DNA of 64,000 bases from Myxococcota bacterium. GTDB taxonomy: Bacteria > Myxococcota_A > UBA796 > SXON01. This document shows, in pieces, positions 21,292 through 31,024 of the stretch. The DNA is taken from the NCBI GenBank assembly GCA_040386535.1, contig JAZKFH010000003.1:128001-192000 (forward strand), read 5' to 3'. The notes beneath the pieces are model-generated. The model worked only from the letters and a program-made list of their open reading frames with translations, had not been told where the DNA came from and searched no databases. Each line of letters starts with the position of its first letter. Within the stretch, counting starts at the first letter, position 1. Both the position numbers and the translations under genes were made by a program.

Positions 21292-24267
21292 ATGCGCAGC
21301 CCCTTCCTGTTCCTCGTCCTCTTGACCGGATGTTCCGGCCCGTCCGACAAGGACGACACCGCCGCGGGCGGGGACGACACGGCGGACACGGACGACGTCG
21401 TGTACGACCAGGGCTGCATCACGGTCGACGGCGGGGGCGGCTACGCGCACATCAACGACGCGATCACCGTCGCGCCGGAGGGCGCCGTCATCGCGCTCTG
21501 TGACGGCACGTACGAGGAGGCCGTCATCATCGACAAGGCCGTGACCTTGCGCGGCGCGTCGGCCGCCGGCACGCTCCTCAACGGCCCCGGCGCCGACATC
21601 CCGCTCACGATCACGGCCACCGGCGTCACCGTCGAGAACCTCGTGATCACGTCCGCGCGCACCGGCGTCGATCTCAAGAGCGGCTCCGAGGCCACGCTCT
21701 CGATGATCACCGTCGCCGAGTCCGGCAGCTGGGGCGTCTCCGCCACCAACGCCACCGCGGTCATCACCGGCCTCACCGTCGTCGAGCCCGCCGCGGGCGG
21801 CGTGCAGGTGTCCGGCGGCACCGTCTCCATCGCCGACACGTCGCTCGAGTACCCCGGCGCCTTCGGCGTCGACATCACGGACGACGCCGTGGTGACCATC
21901 ACGGACACGACGATCACCGGCACCGTCATGCTGTCGGACGACGTGACGGACGGCTTCGCGGTGCAGATCGACGGCGGCACGCTGACGATGAGCGGCAGCA
22001 CGATCGCCGGTGCCGACGGGATGGGCATCTCGGCGACCGACGCGGACATCACCCTGGTCGACACGACGATCCAGGACGCGTTCTACATCGGGATCTACGG
22101 CGTCGAGTCGAGCTACGACCTCACCGGGGTCACCCTCTCCGGCAGCCAGGTGCAGGGCATCTACGCGGTCGGGTCCAGCTTCACGATGGCCTCGTCCACC
22201 GTGTCGGCGAGCGTCGACGAGTCGTGCAGCTACCCCTACGAGGACTGGAACGTCAGCCCCAACGGCCCGTGGTGCGGCGGCATGTTCGTCGTGACCGACA
22301 CCGCCACCCTCACCGACGTCGACGTGTCCGGGTGGAACAACTACGGCTACATCCTGGTCCCGAATACGGCCGACCTCGCGACGATCTCCGTCACGGGCGG
22401 CACGATCGACAACGTGGGCCGGTGGGGCGCCTACCTCGCCTCCACCGAGGGCACGGTCACAGGGCTCACGGTCAGCAACCTCCGCGAGCCCGAGCTCACC
22501 AGCGACCTGCTCTGCGGCTACGTGGACCGCTCCACCGCCGTCCTCGCCGTGTCTTCCGAGCTCGAAGTGGACGGGCTCGTGGCGAAGGACAGCGCCGGAT
22601 GGGGCTTCACGTCCCTCCTGAGCGAGGCCACCATCACCAACTCGACCTTCGACGGGAACGGCTGCTACGGCTTCGCCAACTACCAGTCGACCGCGACCAT
22701 CAGCGGGTCGACGTTCACGAACGGCTCGAGCAACGGCGGCATCTACGAGCAGGAGGGCGTGCTGATCCTCGAGGGGAACACTTTCACCGCGAACAAGGCG
22801 GGCAGCTCCTACGAGTACGACTACGGCGACTACATCTACCGGAGCTCGTACAGCGGCGGCCAGGGGCAGGACATCTTCTCGTACAACACGGGCTCGCTCG
22901 TCATCACCGGCAACACCTTCTCCGGCGGGGACACGAGCCTCTACCTGAGCGGGGTGACCGAGTCCGAGATCAGCGGCAACACCTGGACCGACTACGAGAG
23001 CTACGTCCTCTTCACGACCGCCGCGGTGTCCCCTCCCCGCTTCACCGACAACGTGGTGGACGATGTCGTCGGTCCCGTCGTGCAGGTCTACTACGGCGAG
23101 GTCGAGGTCGAGAACGTGCAGGTCGGCACCACGCGGCTCTCCGCGTCCATCGACGTGAGCTACGAGTTCGACTACCCGAACGACGACGAGGACTTCGGCT
23201 CCAGCTACTCCAGCCAGAGCTCGTCGAGCGTGTTCTACGCCTACGGCTACTACTACGATGACGGCACCACGATCACCGAGGAGACCGCCGCGTTGAGCCT
23301 CCGTGACGTCACCGTCACGAGCGCGTACAGCTCCCTCATCTACGCCTCCGACGCGTCGCTCGACGTGGCGGGGCTCGAGGCCGGCACCGTCGGCGGCTCG
23401 CTGCTGAACGGGTACTGGTACGGCATCGCGCCGGACGTGGAGATCGACGGCCTCACCGCCGGCACGGTCGCCTCCTCCGGGGTGACGCTCTACAACTACC
23501 CCGTGAGCGACTTCGGCTCGGTCGTCCTGTCGGACCTCCAGGTCGACTCCGTGAGCGGAGACGGCGTGTCCGCGACCGCCATCGGCGACCTCACCGTGCG
23601 GAACTCGACCTTCGCCTCCGTGTCCGGCGCCGGCGTCTCCACGACCGCGCGGTCCTACGACTACTACTACGACTATGCCGACGACGGCACCTACCTGGGC
23701 ACCGTCTACGTCGACCTCGACGCGGCCACCGAGGTCACGATCGACGGCCTCACGCTCGGCTCCGCGGCCGGGAACGGCGTGTCCCTCTCCGGCGGCAGCG
23801 CCACGATCGCCGGGCTCGCCGCGACCGGGGTGAGCGGGAGCGGCATCGACGCGCAGGGCCTCACGACGCTGGCCGTGAGCGGCTCGACCATCACCGCGCC
23901 GGGCCGCGCCGGCGTCACCAGCACGGGCGCCTACTCGTACTACAGCTACGAGTCGAGCACCTACCTCCAGGCTGACGGGAACACGGCGGCCTCCATCACC
24001 GACACCACGGTGACGAACGCGGGCGGCAACGCCTACTCGTTCGACGGAGGCTCGGTGACGATGAGCGGCGCGTCGGGCTCCTCGACCACGTCGAGCGGCC
24101 TCTCGCTCGCCAACGTCACCGCGGACGTGCAGGAGAACACGTTCTCGGGGAACGCGGCGTACGGCATGACTTGCGACGACACCGTGCTCTCCGTGTGCGC
24201 CACGAACGACCTGTCGGGCAACACGATGGGGACGCAGCTCGGCTGCTCCGAGAGCTGCGCCGAGTAG
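21292..24267 (+). CDS. Large acidic lipoprotein with a right-handed parallel beta-helix (pectin-lyase-like fold)
   Basis: AGGAG SD; lipobox LLTGC; YAHINDAI..A..G..I..C.GTYEE..I.KAVTLRG start motif; repeated xITNSTF/GNTF.GN coils. Confidence 0.8.
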   Translation: MRSPFLFLVLLTGCSGPSDKDDTAAGGDDTADTDDVVYDQGCITVDGGGGYAHINDAITVAPEGAVIALCDGTYEEAVIIDKAVTLRGASAAGTLLNGPGADIPLTITATGVTVENLVITSARTGVDLKSGSEATLSMITVAESGSWGVSATNATAVITGLTVVEPAAGGVQVSGGTVSIADTSLEYPGAFGVDITDDAVVTITDTTITGTVMLSDDVTDGFAVQIDGGTLTMSGSTIAGADGMGISATDADITLVDTTIQDAFYIGIYGVESSYDLTGVTLSGSQVQGIYAVGSSFTMASSTVSASVDESCSYPYEDWNVSPNGPWCGGMFVVTDTATLTDVDVSGWNNYGYILVPNTADLATISVTGGTIDNVGRWGAYLASTEGTVTGLTVSNLREPELTSDLLCGYVDRSTAVLAVSSELEVDGLVAKDSAGWGFTSLLSEATITNSTFDGNGCYGFANYQSTATISGSTFTNGSSNGGIYEQEGVLILEGNTFTANKAGSSYEYDYGDYIYRSSYSGGQGQDIFSYNTGSLVITGNTFSGGDTSLYLSGVTESEISGNTWTDYESYVLFTTAAVSPPRFTDNVVDDVVGPVVQVYYGEVEVENVQVGTTRLSASIDVSYEFDYPNDDEDFGSSYSSQSSSSVFYAYGYYYDDGTTITEETAALSLRDVTVTSAYSSLIYASDASLDVAGLEAGTVGGSLLNGYWYGIAPDVEIDGLTAGTVASSGVTLYNYPVSDFGSVVLSDLQVDSVSGDGVSATAIGDLTVRNSTFASVSGAGVSTTARSYDYYYDYADDGTYLGTVYVDLDAATEVTIDGLTLGSAAGNGVSLSGGSATIAGLAATGVSGSGIDAQGLTTLAVSGSTITAPGRAGVTSTGAYSYYSYESSTYLQADGNTAASITDTTVTNAGGNAYSFDGGSVTMSGASGSSTTSSGLSLANVTADVQENTFSGNAAYGMTCDDTVLSVCATNDLSGNTMGTQLGCSESCAE

Positions 24268-24333
24268 GTCCCGGCCGCCGTCCACGGTCCGCGGGCGCGC
24301 CTCCCTCCGACGAGGAGGTGCGCCCGCGCTCGT

Positions 24334-25383
24334 TCAGGGCACCGTCTCGCTCCAGCCCTCCGCCGTCAACGCGAGGGGCCCCTCGGCCTGCCACCAGCCG
24401 CCGGTCGCGCGCGTCTGGCCGTCCACGCGCCACTCGAGCGCCACGTCCGGGGCCTTGCCGGCACCGGTGATGGTGCGGTCCGGGCGCCCCATCGCGAGCA
24501 CCCCGACCGGGGCGCGGCGGGCCGCGAAGCCGGCGTCGGGTGGGGCGAGCGCGCTCGGCACCGGGATGCTCGCGGCGAGCGGTCGGAGGCCGGCGGGGGG
24601 GACGGCTCCGGGGGGCGCCTCGATCTGGACCGGGACCGGATCGAGCACCAGCCGCGCGTTCCCGGCGGTCACGACGAACGGGCCCAGCGGCGCGGCGCAC
24701 GGCCCCTCGGCGCGCAGGTCGACCGCGAGGCGGCGCGTGGTGCGGCCGGCCTCGGCGTGATCGTCCTGCACGATGCGTTGGAGCCGGAGGCACCCGGGGT
24801 CGGCGCCCGAGCGCTCGATCGAGAGCTCCGCGGTGGGCAGCGCCGAGAGGGTGAATTCGAGCGTGTACCGACTCCCGACGAACACGGCGCCGTCGGGCCC
24901 GGTCACGGTCGCCTCCAACGCCTGCGCGGGGAGGATGCCGGCGAAGGCGGCGTGCGCGAGGGCCGGGGCGAAGTCGGGATCGGCGGCGGCCTCCAGGGCC
25001 GAACGCGCGCCGAGCGACAGGGCCTTCTGCAGATCCGACGCGGCCTCTGGAAGCCGGCCGGCGCGGACGCGGTAGGCGGCGCGGTTGTACCAGCCCACCC
25101 CGATCGACGGATCGGCGTGGACCAGCTCCGAGAGCTGCGCGTCGGCGGCGTCGAGCTGCCCGGCGTCCGCGAGGGCCTTGGCTTCCCAGAGGCGGAGCGC
25201 GACGCTGCCAGAATCCTGGGACCGGGCCGCGGCGAAGGCCTTCACCGCGTCTTCCGGGCGGCCCTTCTCCAGGGCATTGCGCCCGTCGTCGTAGGCGTCG
25301 AGGGACGCCGAGAAGGGCGCGAGCGCGGGATCGTCGCAGCCGGCGAGCAGGGCGAGGGCGAGCAGGGTGGTAGGACGTGTCAC
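24334..25383 (-). CDS. TPR-containing lipoprotein
   Basis: Lipobox LLAGC; WYNRAAYRVRAG..EA...L.KAL..G...AAADPDF TPR-type helices; GTGA overlap with pgeF. Confidence 0.7.
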   Translation of the reverse strand: MTRPTTLLALALLAGCDDPALAPFSASLDAYDDGRNALEKGRPEDAVKAFAAARSQDSGSVALRLWEAKALADAGQLDAADAQLSELVHADPSIGVGWYNRAAYRVRAGRLPEAASDLQKALSLGARSALEAAADPDFAPALAHAAFAGILPAQALEATVTGPDGAVFVGSRYTLEFTLSALPTAELSIERSGADPGCLRLQRIVQDDHAEAGRTTRRLAVDLRAEGPCAAPLGPFVVTAGNARLVLDPVPVQIEAPPGAVPPAGLRPLAASIPVPSALAPPDAGFAARRAPVGVLAMGRPDRTITGAGKAPDVALEWRVDGQTRATGGWWQAEGPLALTAEGWSETVP

Positions 25384-26036
25384 AGGCGGATGGCCCCCAC
25401 CTGGCGACCGCCCGCCGCGCCGTCGCGACGGTAGGACCAGAACCCGCTCCCACAGCGCGTGCACAGCTGCAAGCGGTCGACGGTGACCCCCTCGGCGCGA
25501 AGGATGGCGGCGTTGGCCTCCCCCAGGTCGACGTTCCTCTCCCCCGCCCGCCACGATACGCCGGGCGCCACGCGCGCGACGGCGTCGATCACCTCGTCCC
25601 CGACCTCGTAGCAGGCGCCGCAGATGCACGGGCCGACCGCCGCCCGAACGTCCCCGGGCCGGCACCCCGCCGCGTCACACAGCGCCAGGAGCGCGGTGCG
25701 GGCGATGTCCGCGGCGGTGCCGCGCCAACCGGCGTGGATCGCGGCCACGCCACCGGGCGCCGCCAGCAGGATGGGCACACAGTCGGCCACCCGGACGGCG
25801 ACGACGGCGCCGGGCACGGTAGACACGATCGCGTCGGCCTCGACGGCCGGGCTCGCCTCCTGCACCCGCACCACCCGCGCACCGTGGACTTGCGACACCA
25901 CCCGCACCGGCCCCGCCCCCCCGAGCGCGGCGAGGAGGCGCGCCGCCGCCGCTCCGTCGCCACCGGGGCGATGGTCGCCGTCGGCGGTTCCCGTGAAGGC
26001 GTGGGGAACGGAGGAAAGCAGGACACTCGCGAGCAT
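25380..26036 (-). CDS. pgeF: Laccase-domain protein PgeF/YfiH family
   Basis: QVHG, ADAIV, VADCVPILL, AIHAGWRG, GPCI...YEV, CT, SYRR. Confidence 0.88.
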   Translation of the reverse strand: MLASVLLSSVPHAFTGTADGDHRPGGDGAAAARLLAALGGAGPVRVVSQVHGARVVRVQEASPAVEADAIVSTVPGAVVAVRVADCVPILLAAPGGVAAIHAGWRGTAADIARTALLALCDAAGCRPGDVRAAVGPCICGACYEVGDEVIDAVARVAPGVSWRAGERNVDLGEANAAILRAEGVTVDRLQLCTRCGSGFWSYRRDGAAGGRQVGAIRL

Positions 26037-26096
26037 GCCGCCAACGTGACCTCCCCCGGCATGCAGAGCAAGGTCGCTTGGTGGTACGCTTCGCCC

Positions 26097-27665
26097 ATGC
26101 TCTTGATCGTTTCCGGCTTGATGACGGGGTGTACCGGGAGCTCGGGCGCCAACTACACGCTCCACTTGAACCCCGTGGTCGCCTCGTTGCAGACCCCGTT
26201 CGAGGGGCTCGACCGGATCGACCTAGTGTTGACGCCTGCCGACGGAACGCCCCTGAAGGTCCCGATGGACGCACCGACGTCGGGCTCCACGCCCGAGGTC
26301 ACGGGCCTGCCCGCACTCGAGGGCACCCGCATCAGCGTCGAGGGGTTCAAGGGCGGCGAGCTCATCCTCCGCGGGATGACCGAGCCGTTGACCGCCTCCT
26401 CTGGCGTCGTCGAAGCCGACGTGTTCGTCGCCTCCACGGAGAAGACCGCGTGGCTCGGTCCGCTCACGGGCGGGCTGTACCGCCCGATGCTGGTGGCGCT
26501 CGGCGAGGGTCGGTTCTGGCTCGCCGGCGGGCTCACGAATGACCTGAACGACGCGCCGGTGAAGGGCCAGAAGGCGATGTACACCCTCACCCTGGCGCCG
26601 CCGGACGAGGGGCTCGCGTTCACGACGCTCGGAGACCTCCCGGAGTACGAGACGAACGACGGGGCGATGGAGACCGCGCGCATCGGCGCCGGCTACACGA
26701 TGTTGACCGCGAGCGGCGCCGACCAGGGCAAGATCCTCGTGACCGGCGGGGCGCCGAAGGATCCCCTCGGAGATCAGGGGGAGGCCAGCAGCGCGGCCTC
26801 CCTCTACGACCCGTCGACCGACACGTGGGAGGACATCCCGGCGATGTCGAGCCTCGTGAATGCGCGCGTCCAGCACCTCGTGGGCGAGAACCTCCTCGGC
26901 AACGTGGTCCTCTGGGGCGGCTACGGCGCGCAGAACGGGCCCGGCAGCGTCAAGCTCAACAACACCCTGGAGTACTACGACCGCGCGGAACGCAAGTTCA
27001 CGGATACGGACGTGAGAACGATCGGCCCGCTGGACGCGTTCATGGCCGACATCGGCGAGAGCGGGACGCTGCTCTGCGGCGGCGCCGACGTGGCCGAGGC
27101 CTCGTGGTCGAGCTCGGACGCGTGCGTGCGCGTGAAGCTCGACGGCAGCGTAGAGGCGGCCGCGGACCTCCCCGAGGGCCTCGCGGGCGCCGCGGTGGTG
27201 AAGCTCGCGGACGGCAGCCTCCTCGCGACGGGCGGCGCCGCCGTGCCGGCGTCCGCGCCGGTGAGCACCATCAGCGACGTCTCGGCGTCGTCGTCCGCGT
27301 GGCTCTACAACCCGACGAACGAGAGCTGGGGTGGCCTCTCCGCCAGGATGTCGGTGGGCCGCGCAGGCCATGAGATGGTGCTCCTGGCCGACGGACGCGT
27401 GTTGATCGTCGGTGGGGCGAAGTCCTACAACAGCAACTACGCCGCGACCGACTCCGTCACGTGCCTCGAGATCTACGACCCGGTCGACGGCAGCTTCGAA
27501 GCGGTGGACGAGTGCGAGGACGGCGACGACGCCGGCGGCCTGTACAGCGGGGCCTACGTGCCGCGGGTGGCGTACGATCCCGACTACGGCGTGTTGATCG
27601 TCGGGGGCGTCGGGGCGGACGGCTCCGCAAGCAAGGGCGTGTCCCTGTTCGTGCCCGAGCTCTAG
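26097..27665 (+). CDS. Kelch/galactose-oxidase-type beta-propeller lipoprotein
   Basis: Lipobox LMTGC; repeated GKILVTGG..YDP..W, LADGRVLIVGG, EIYDP. Confidence 0.8.
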   Translation: MLLIVSGLMTGCTGSSGANYTLHLNPVVASLQTPFEGLDRIDLVLTPADGTPLKVPMDAPTSGSTPEVTGLPALEGTRISVEGFKGGELILRGMTEPLTASSGVVEADVFVASTEKTAWLGPLTGGLYRPMLVALGEGRFWLAGGLTNDLNDAPVKGQKAMYTLTLAPPDEGLAFTTLGDLPEYETNDGAMETARIGAGYTMLTASGADQGKILVTGGAPKDPLGDQGEASSAASLYDPSTDTWEDIPAMSSLVNARVQHLVGENLLGNVVLWGGYGAQNGPGSVKLNNTLEYYDRAERKFTDTDVRTIGPLDAFMADIGESGTLLCGGADVAEASWSSSDACVRVKLDGSVEAAADLPEGLAGAAVVKLADGSLLATGGAAVPASAPVSTISDVSASSSAWLYNPTNESWGGLSARMSVGRAGHEMVLLADGRVLIVGGAKSYNSNYAATDSVTCLEIYDPVDGSFEAVDECEDGDDAGGLYSGAYVPRVAYDPDYGVLIVGGVGADGSASKGVSLFVPEL

Positions 27666-27677
27666 CGGACTCGGCCC

Positions 27678-28358
27678 CTACCCGACCAGCGCCTCGATCC
27701 AGGCGCGCCCGCGCGCGAGATCGGGCAGCAGCAGGTCGGGGCGCGAGGCGGCGAGCTCCTCCGTCGTCGCGAACCCCGTCTCCACGGCGACCGCCACGGC
27801 GCCGCCCGCGCGTGCGCACGCCACGTCGGCGGGGGTGTCCCCGATCACGATGACCCGCCGGTACTGGATCCCGGCGGCCTCGGCGCGGGCGCGCGCGACG
27901 GGCACGAGGCAGTTGCGGTCGGTGTGGTCGTCCCCGAACGCGCCGTCGATCCACCGGCCCCACAAGCCCACGGCGCCGAGCTTCAGGGCGGCGCCGGCGC
28001 GCCAGTTGCCGGTGAGGAGCGCGAGGTGGGCGCGGCCCTCGAGGGCGTCGAGCAGCTCGCGAACGCCCGGGCAGAGGGCCACGCGGTCGGGCTGCGCGAG
28101 CCGGACGACGAGGGCCTCCAGATAAGCCGCCCGCACGGCGTCGAGATCGAACGGCGGCGAGGAGACCCCGTCCCACGGGACGCCGAACCGCGCCGCCACG
28201 CCGCGCATGATCCCCCCGTCGGTGGCTCCGGCGAGCGAGATCCCCGCCATCGCGTCCGGCCACCCGAGCACGCGGAGGAACGCGTCGTCGAGGGCCTCCC
28301 TCCCGGCGCCCCGGGTGCGCAACAGGGTTCCGTCGATATCGAAGAGCAGGAGGTCCAC
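27678..28358 (-). CDS. HAD-family hydrolase
   Basis: LLLFDIDGTL, LLTGN, IGDTPADV. Confidence 0.9.
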   Translation of the reverse strand: MDLLLFDIDGTLLRTRGAGREALDDAFLRVLGWPDAMAGISLAGATDGGIMRGVAARFGVPWDGVSSPPFDLDAVRAAYLEALVVRLAQPDRVALCPGVRELLDALEGRAHLALLTGNWRAGAALKLGAVGLWGRWIDGAFGDDHTDRNCLVPVARARAEAAGIQYRRVIVIGDTPADVACARAGGAVAVAVETGFATTEELAASRPDLLLPDLARGRAWIEALVG

Positions 28359-28389
28359 GGGTCGGCCTGTCCGGGGGTAGGATGAAGAG

Positions 28390-28857
28390 GTGCGCATCTA
28401 TCACCCCGACTACCGGATTTCGTGGTGGGACCGCTTCCTGGATCCCGCGGGCACGCACGCGCGCACCCAGCGCCTCGTCGGGGTCGACTACACGCTGCTC
28501 AACCGGGCCGCCGCGCGCGCCGTGCGTGAGTGCCTGGACGAGCTGCTCAACCTCTCCCTCCTCGGGGACGAGATGGTGGGGATCGACTCGGCGTGGCGCA
28601 TGCCCGTGTCGCCGGAGGCCCGCCGCGAGCTGATCCCGGCGATGGCGCTGCGCCTTCGCTTCGGGCAGCTGCACCCCGGCGCGGTGAAGATGCCGGTGGC
28701 GCTCCGGTGGCTCGACTTCCGGGACGCGCCCCACGGAACGCGCCTGCTGCTCCAGCTGCTCGACCGCCCCAATCCGGGCCTGCGGAGCTTCGTCGCGGCG
28801 GACCTCTCGGATGACGGCAGCGGCGGCTGGGAGGAGTACGCGCTCGGGGCGGACTGA
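28390..28857 (+). CDS. Hypothetical protein
   Basis: Fills the gap between HAD and nadD; GAAGAG upstream; protein-like composition; no motif recognised. Confidence 0.55.
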   Translation: MRIYHPDYRISWWDRFLDPAGTHARTQRLVGVDYTLLNRAAARAVRECLDELLNLSLLGDEMVGIDSAWRMPVSPEARRELIPAMALRLRFGQLHPGAVKMPVALRWLDFRDAPHGTRLLLQLLDRPNPGLRSFVAADLSDDGSGGWEEYALGAD

Positions 28858-28861
28858 GGGA

Positions 28862-29419
28862 TCAGGAGGCGGCCACCACCTGGTAGAGCCGGCGCTCCTC
28901 GACGATGGCGCCCACGCCCGAGGTCACGAGGTGCGTGATGCCCGCGCCGCTCGCGATGCGCGACCGGATCTCGGTGCTGCTGATGTCCGGAAAACACGGC
29001 GCCCCGTCGACCGGAGGCCAGCCCTGGCGCCCGACGACAAGGAGGGGGAAGCGGGCGCGGAGGCGCTCGACGTCGCGCCACTGAGGGAGCTGCGACAACA
29101 CGTCGGCCCCGATGACGAGCTGGAGCTCATGCTGCGGGTGGCGGCTAGCGAGCACCTCGAGGGTGTTCACCGTGTACGAGGGCACCGGGAGCGCCTCCTC
29201 GATGGGCTCGACCCGGCACCACGAGCCCAGCGTGTCCGCGAGGGCCTGGGCCATCCGCACGCGGGCCTCCCACGGGGCCAGCACCTTCTCGAACGCGTGG
29301 TGGTACGCGGGCAGCAGCCACACGGCATCCGCGCGCCCGGTCCACCGGATCCACGACGCCACCATCGCGTGGCCGACGTGCGGCGGATTGAAGCTGCCCC
29401 CGTAGATGGCGACCCGCAC
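28862..29419 (-). CDS. nadD: Nicotinate-nucleotide adenylyltransferase
   Basis: YGGSFNPPHVGH, SYTVNTL, IGAD, ISSTEIR. Confidence 0.92.
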   Translation of the reverse strand: MRVAIYGGSFNPPHVGHAMVASWIRWTGRADAVWLLPAYHHAFEKVLAPWEARVRMAQALADTLGSWCRVEPIEEALPVPSYTVNTLEVLASRHPQHELQLVIGADVLSQLPQWRDVERLRARFPLLVVGRQGWPPVDGAPCFPDISSTEIRSRIASGAGITHLVTSGVGAIVEERRLYQVVAAS

Positions 29420-29465
29420 CGCGCCTCCGAAGGTGCGTGATAACGTGTAGGGCCCTGGGACGACG

Positions 29466-30137
29466 GTGATCCGCCTCTACCATGTTGTGAAGTCCTACGG
29501 CGAGCACGACGCCCTCGACGACGTGTCGCTCACCATCGACAAGGGAGAGTTCGTGTACGTCACCGGTCCGTCCGGCGCCGGAAAATCGACCCTGTTGAAG
29601 CTGCTCTATGGGGCGGAGAAGCCCACGTCGGGCAAGCTGCTGGTCGGCGGCGTGGACGTCGCGGCCCTCCCCCAGAGCCGCCTCCCGCAGCTGCGCCGCA
29701 ACGTCGGGATCGTGTTCCAGGACTTCAAGCTGCTGCCGCGGCGCACGGTGGGCGCCAATGTCGCGCTCGCGCTCGAGGTGGTGAACGCCCCGCCCGAGCA
29801 GATCCGCCGGCGCGTCCCCGCCGTGCTCAACATCGTGGGGCTCAAGGACCGCGAGACCTCCCTGGCGGGGGACCTCTCCGGTGGCGAGCAGCAACGCGTC
29901 GCCATCGCGCGCGCCATCGTGAACGACCCCGCCGTCCTCTTCGCGGATGAGCCCACCGGAAACCTCGACGGCGCCATGGCCGTAGAGGTCATGGAGATCC
30001 TCCAGGCCGTCAACTTGCGGGGCACGACCGTGCTCGTCGCCACGCACGACGTGGGGCTGATGGACCGCTTTCCCCACCGCCGCGTGCGCTTCGAGGGTGG
30101 GCGGTTGGTGCAGTCCGCGTCGCGAGCGCGCGCATGA
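29466..30137 (+). CDS. ftsE: Cell division ATP-binding protein FtsE
   Basis: GPSGAGKST, VFQDFKLL, LSGGEQQRVAIARA, ADEPTGNLD; precedes ftsX. Confidence 0.93.
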   Translation: MIRLYHVVKSYGEHDALDDVSLTIDKGEFVYVTGPSGAGKSTLLKLLYGAEKPTSGKLLVGGVDVAALPQSRLPQLRRNVGIVFQDFKLLPRRTVGANVALALEVVNAPPEQIRRRVPAVLNIVGLKDRETSLAGDLSGGEQQRVAIARAIVNDPAVLFADEPTGNLDGAMAVEVMEILQAVNLRGTTVLVATHDVGLMDRFPHRRVRFEGGRLVQSASRARA

Positions 30138-31024
30138 CCCCCACGTTGCTGCGCACCCTGCGCGGCGTGCGGGAGCACACCTACCTCGCGCTGGTGAGCA
30201 CGGGCGTCATCACCGCCGGGCTCGTGCTCATCGGCATGTTCGTGATGGTGACGACGAACGTGGCGCTGGTGCTCGGCTCCTGGGAGCGCGACGTGCACGT
30301 GAGCGCCTACCTGAAGCCCGGCGGCTCGGTGGATGCGCACACGGCGGTCCTCCAGTCCCTCGCCACCCGGTCCGACGTGGCGGACGTCCGCTACGTCTCG
30401 GAGGCCGACGCGCGCGCATGGATGGTGGAGCGGATGCCGGAGCTCGCTCCGGTGCTCGACGAGCTCGGCGCGGACGCGCTCCCCGCGTCGCTCGAGATCA
30501 CGCTCCGGCCGAGCCACACCGGCCCCGCGGAGATGGCGGCCTTCGTCGCGTCCATCCGGGAGATCGACGCCTTCGACGAGCTCGACTACGGGCAGGAGTG
30601 GGTCACGCGGGTGGACACCTTCCTCTCCGTGTTGAGCGCCCTCGGCGTCGCGCTGGGAACCTTCATCGGCGTCGCCTCCCTGTTCCTCGTCGCCAACACG
30701 ATCCACCTCGTCGTGTACGCGCGCCGCGACGAGCTCGAGATCATGCGGCTCGTCGGCGCGACTGACCGCTACATCCTCGCCCCCTTCCTCGTCGAAGGCG
30801 CGGTTCAGGGCGCGGTCGCCGCCACCGTCGCCAACGGCCTGTTGTGGGCGGCCCACCGCGGGCTGCTCTCCCGGCTCCAGGACGTGCTTGCGCTCGCCCT
30901 CGGCGGCGAATCGCTGCGATACCTCCCCGTCGGGGGTGTCGCCGCCATGTACCTGGGCGGCATGGCCCTCGGCGTGGGCGCCTCGTGGGGCGCCGTCCGC
31001 CGCTTCCTCGGGCGCCTCGCATGA
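30134..31024 (+). CDS. ftsX: Cell division permease FtsX
   Basis: 4 TM segments; LPASLEI; NTIHLVVYARRDELEIMRLVGAT..YI.APF..EG. Confidence 0.93.
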   Translation: MTPTLLRTLRGVREHTYLALVSTGVITAGLVLIGMFVMVTTNVALVLGSWERDVHVSAYLKPGGSVDAHTAVLQSLATRSDVADVRYVSEADARAWMVERMPELAPVLDELGADALPASLEITLRPSHTGPAEMAAFVASIREIDAFDELDYGQEWVTRVDTFLSVLSALGVALGTFIGVASLFLVANTIHLVVYARRDELEIMRLVGATDRYILAPFLVEGAVQGAVAATVANGLLWAAHRGLLSRLQDVLALALGGESLRYLPVGGVAAMYLGGMALGVGASWGAVRRFLGRLA

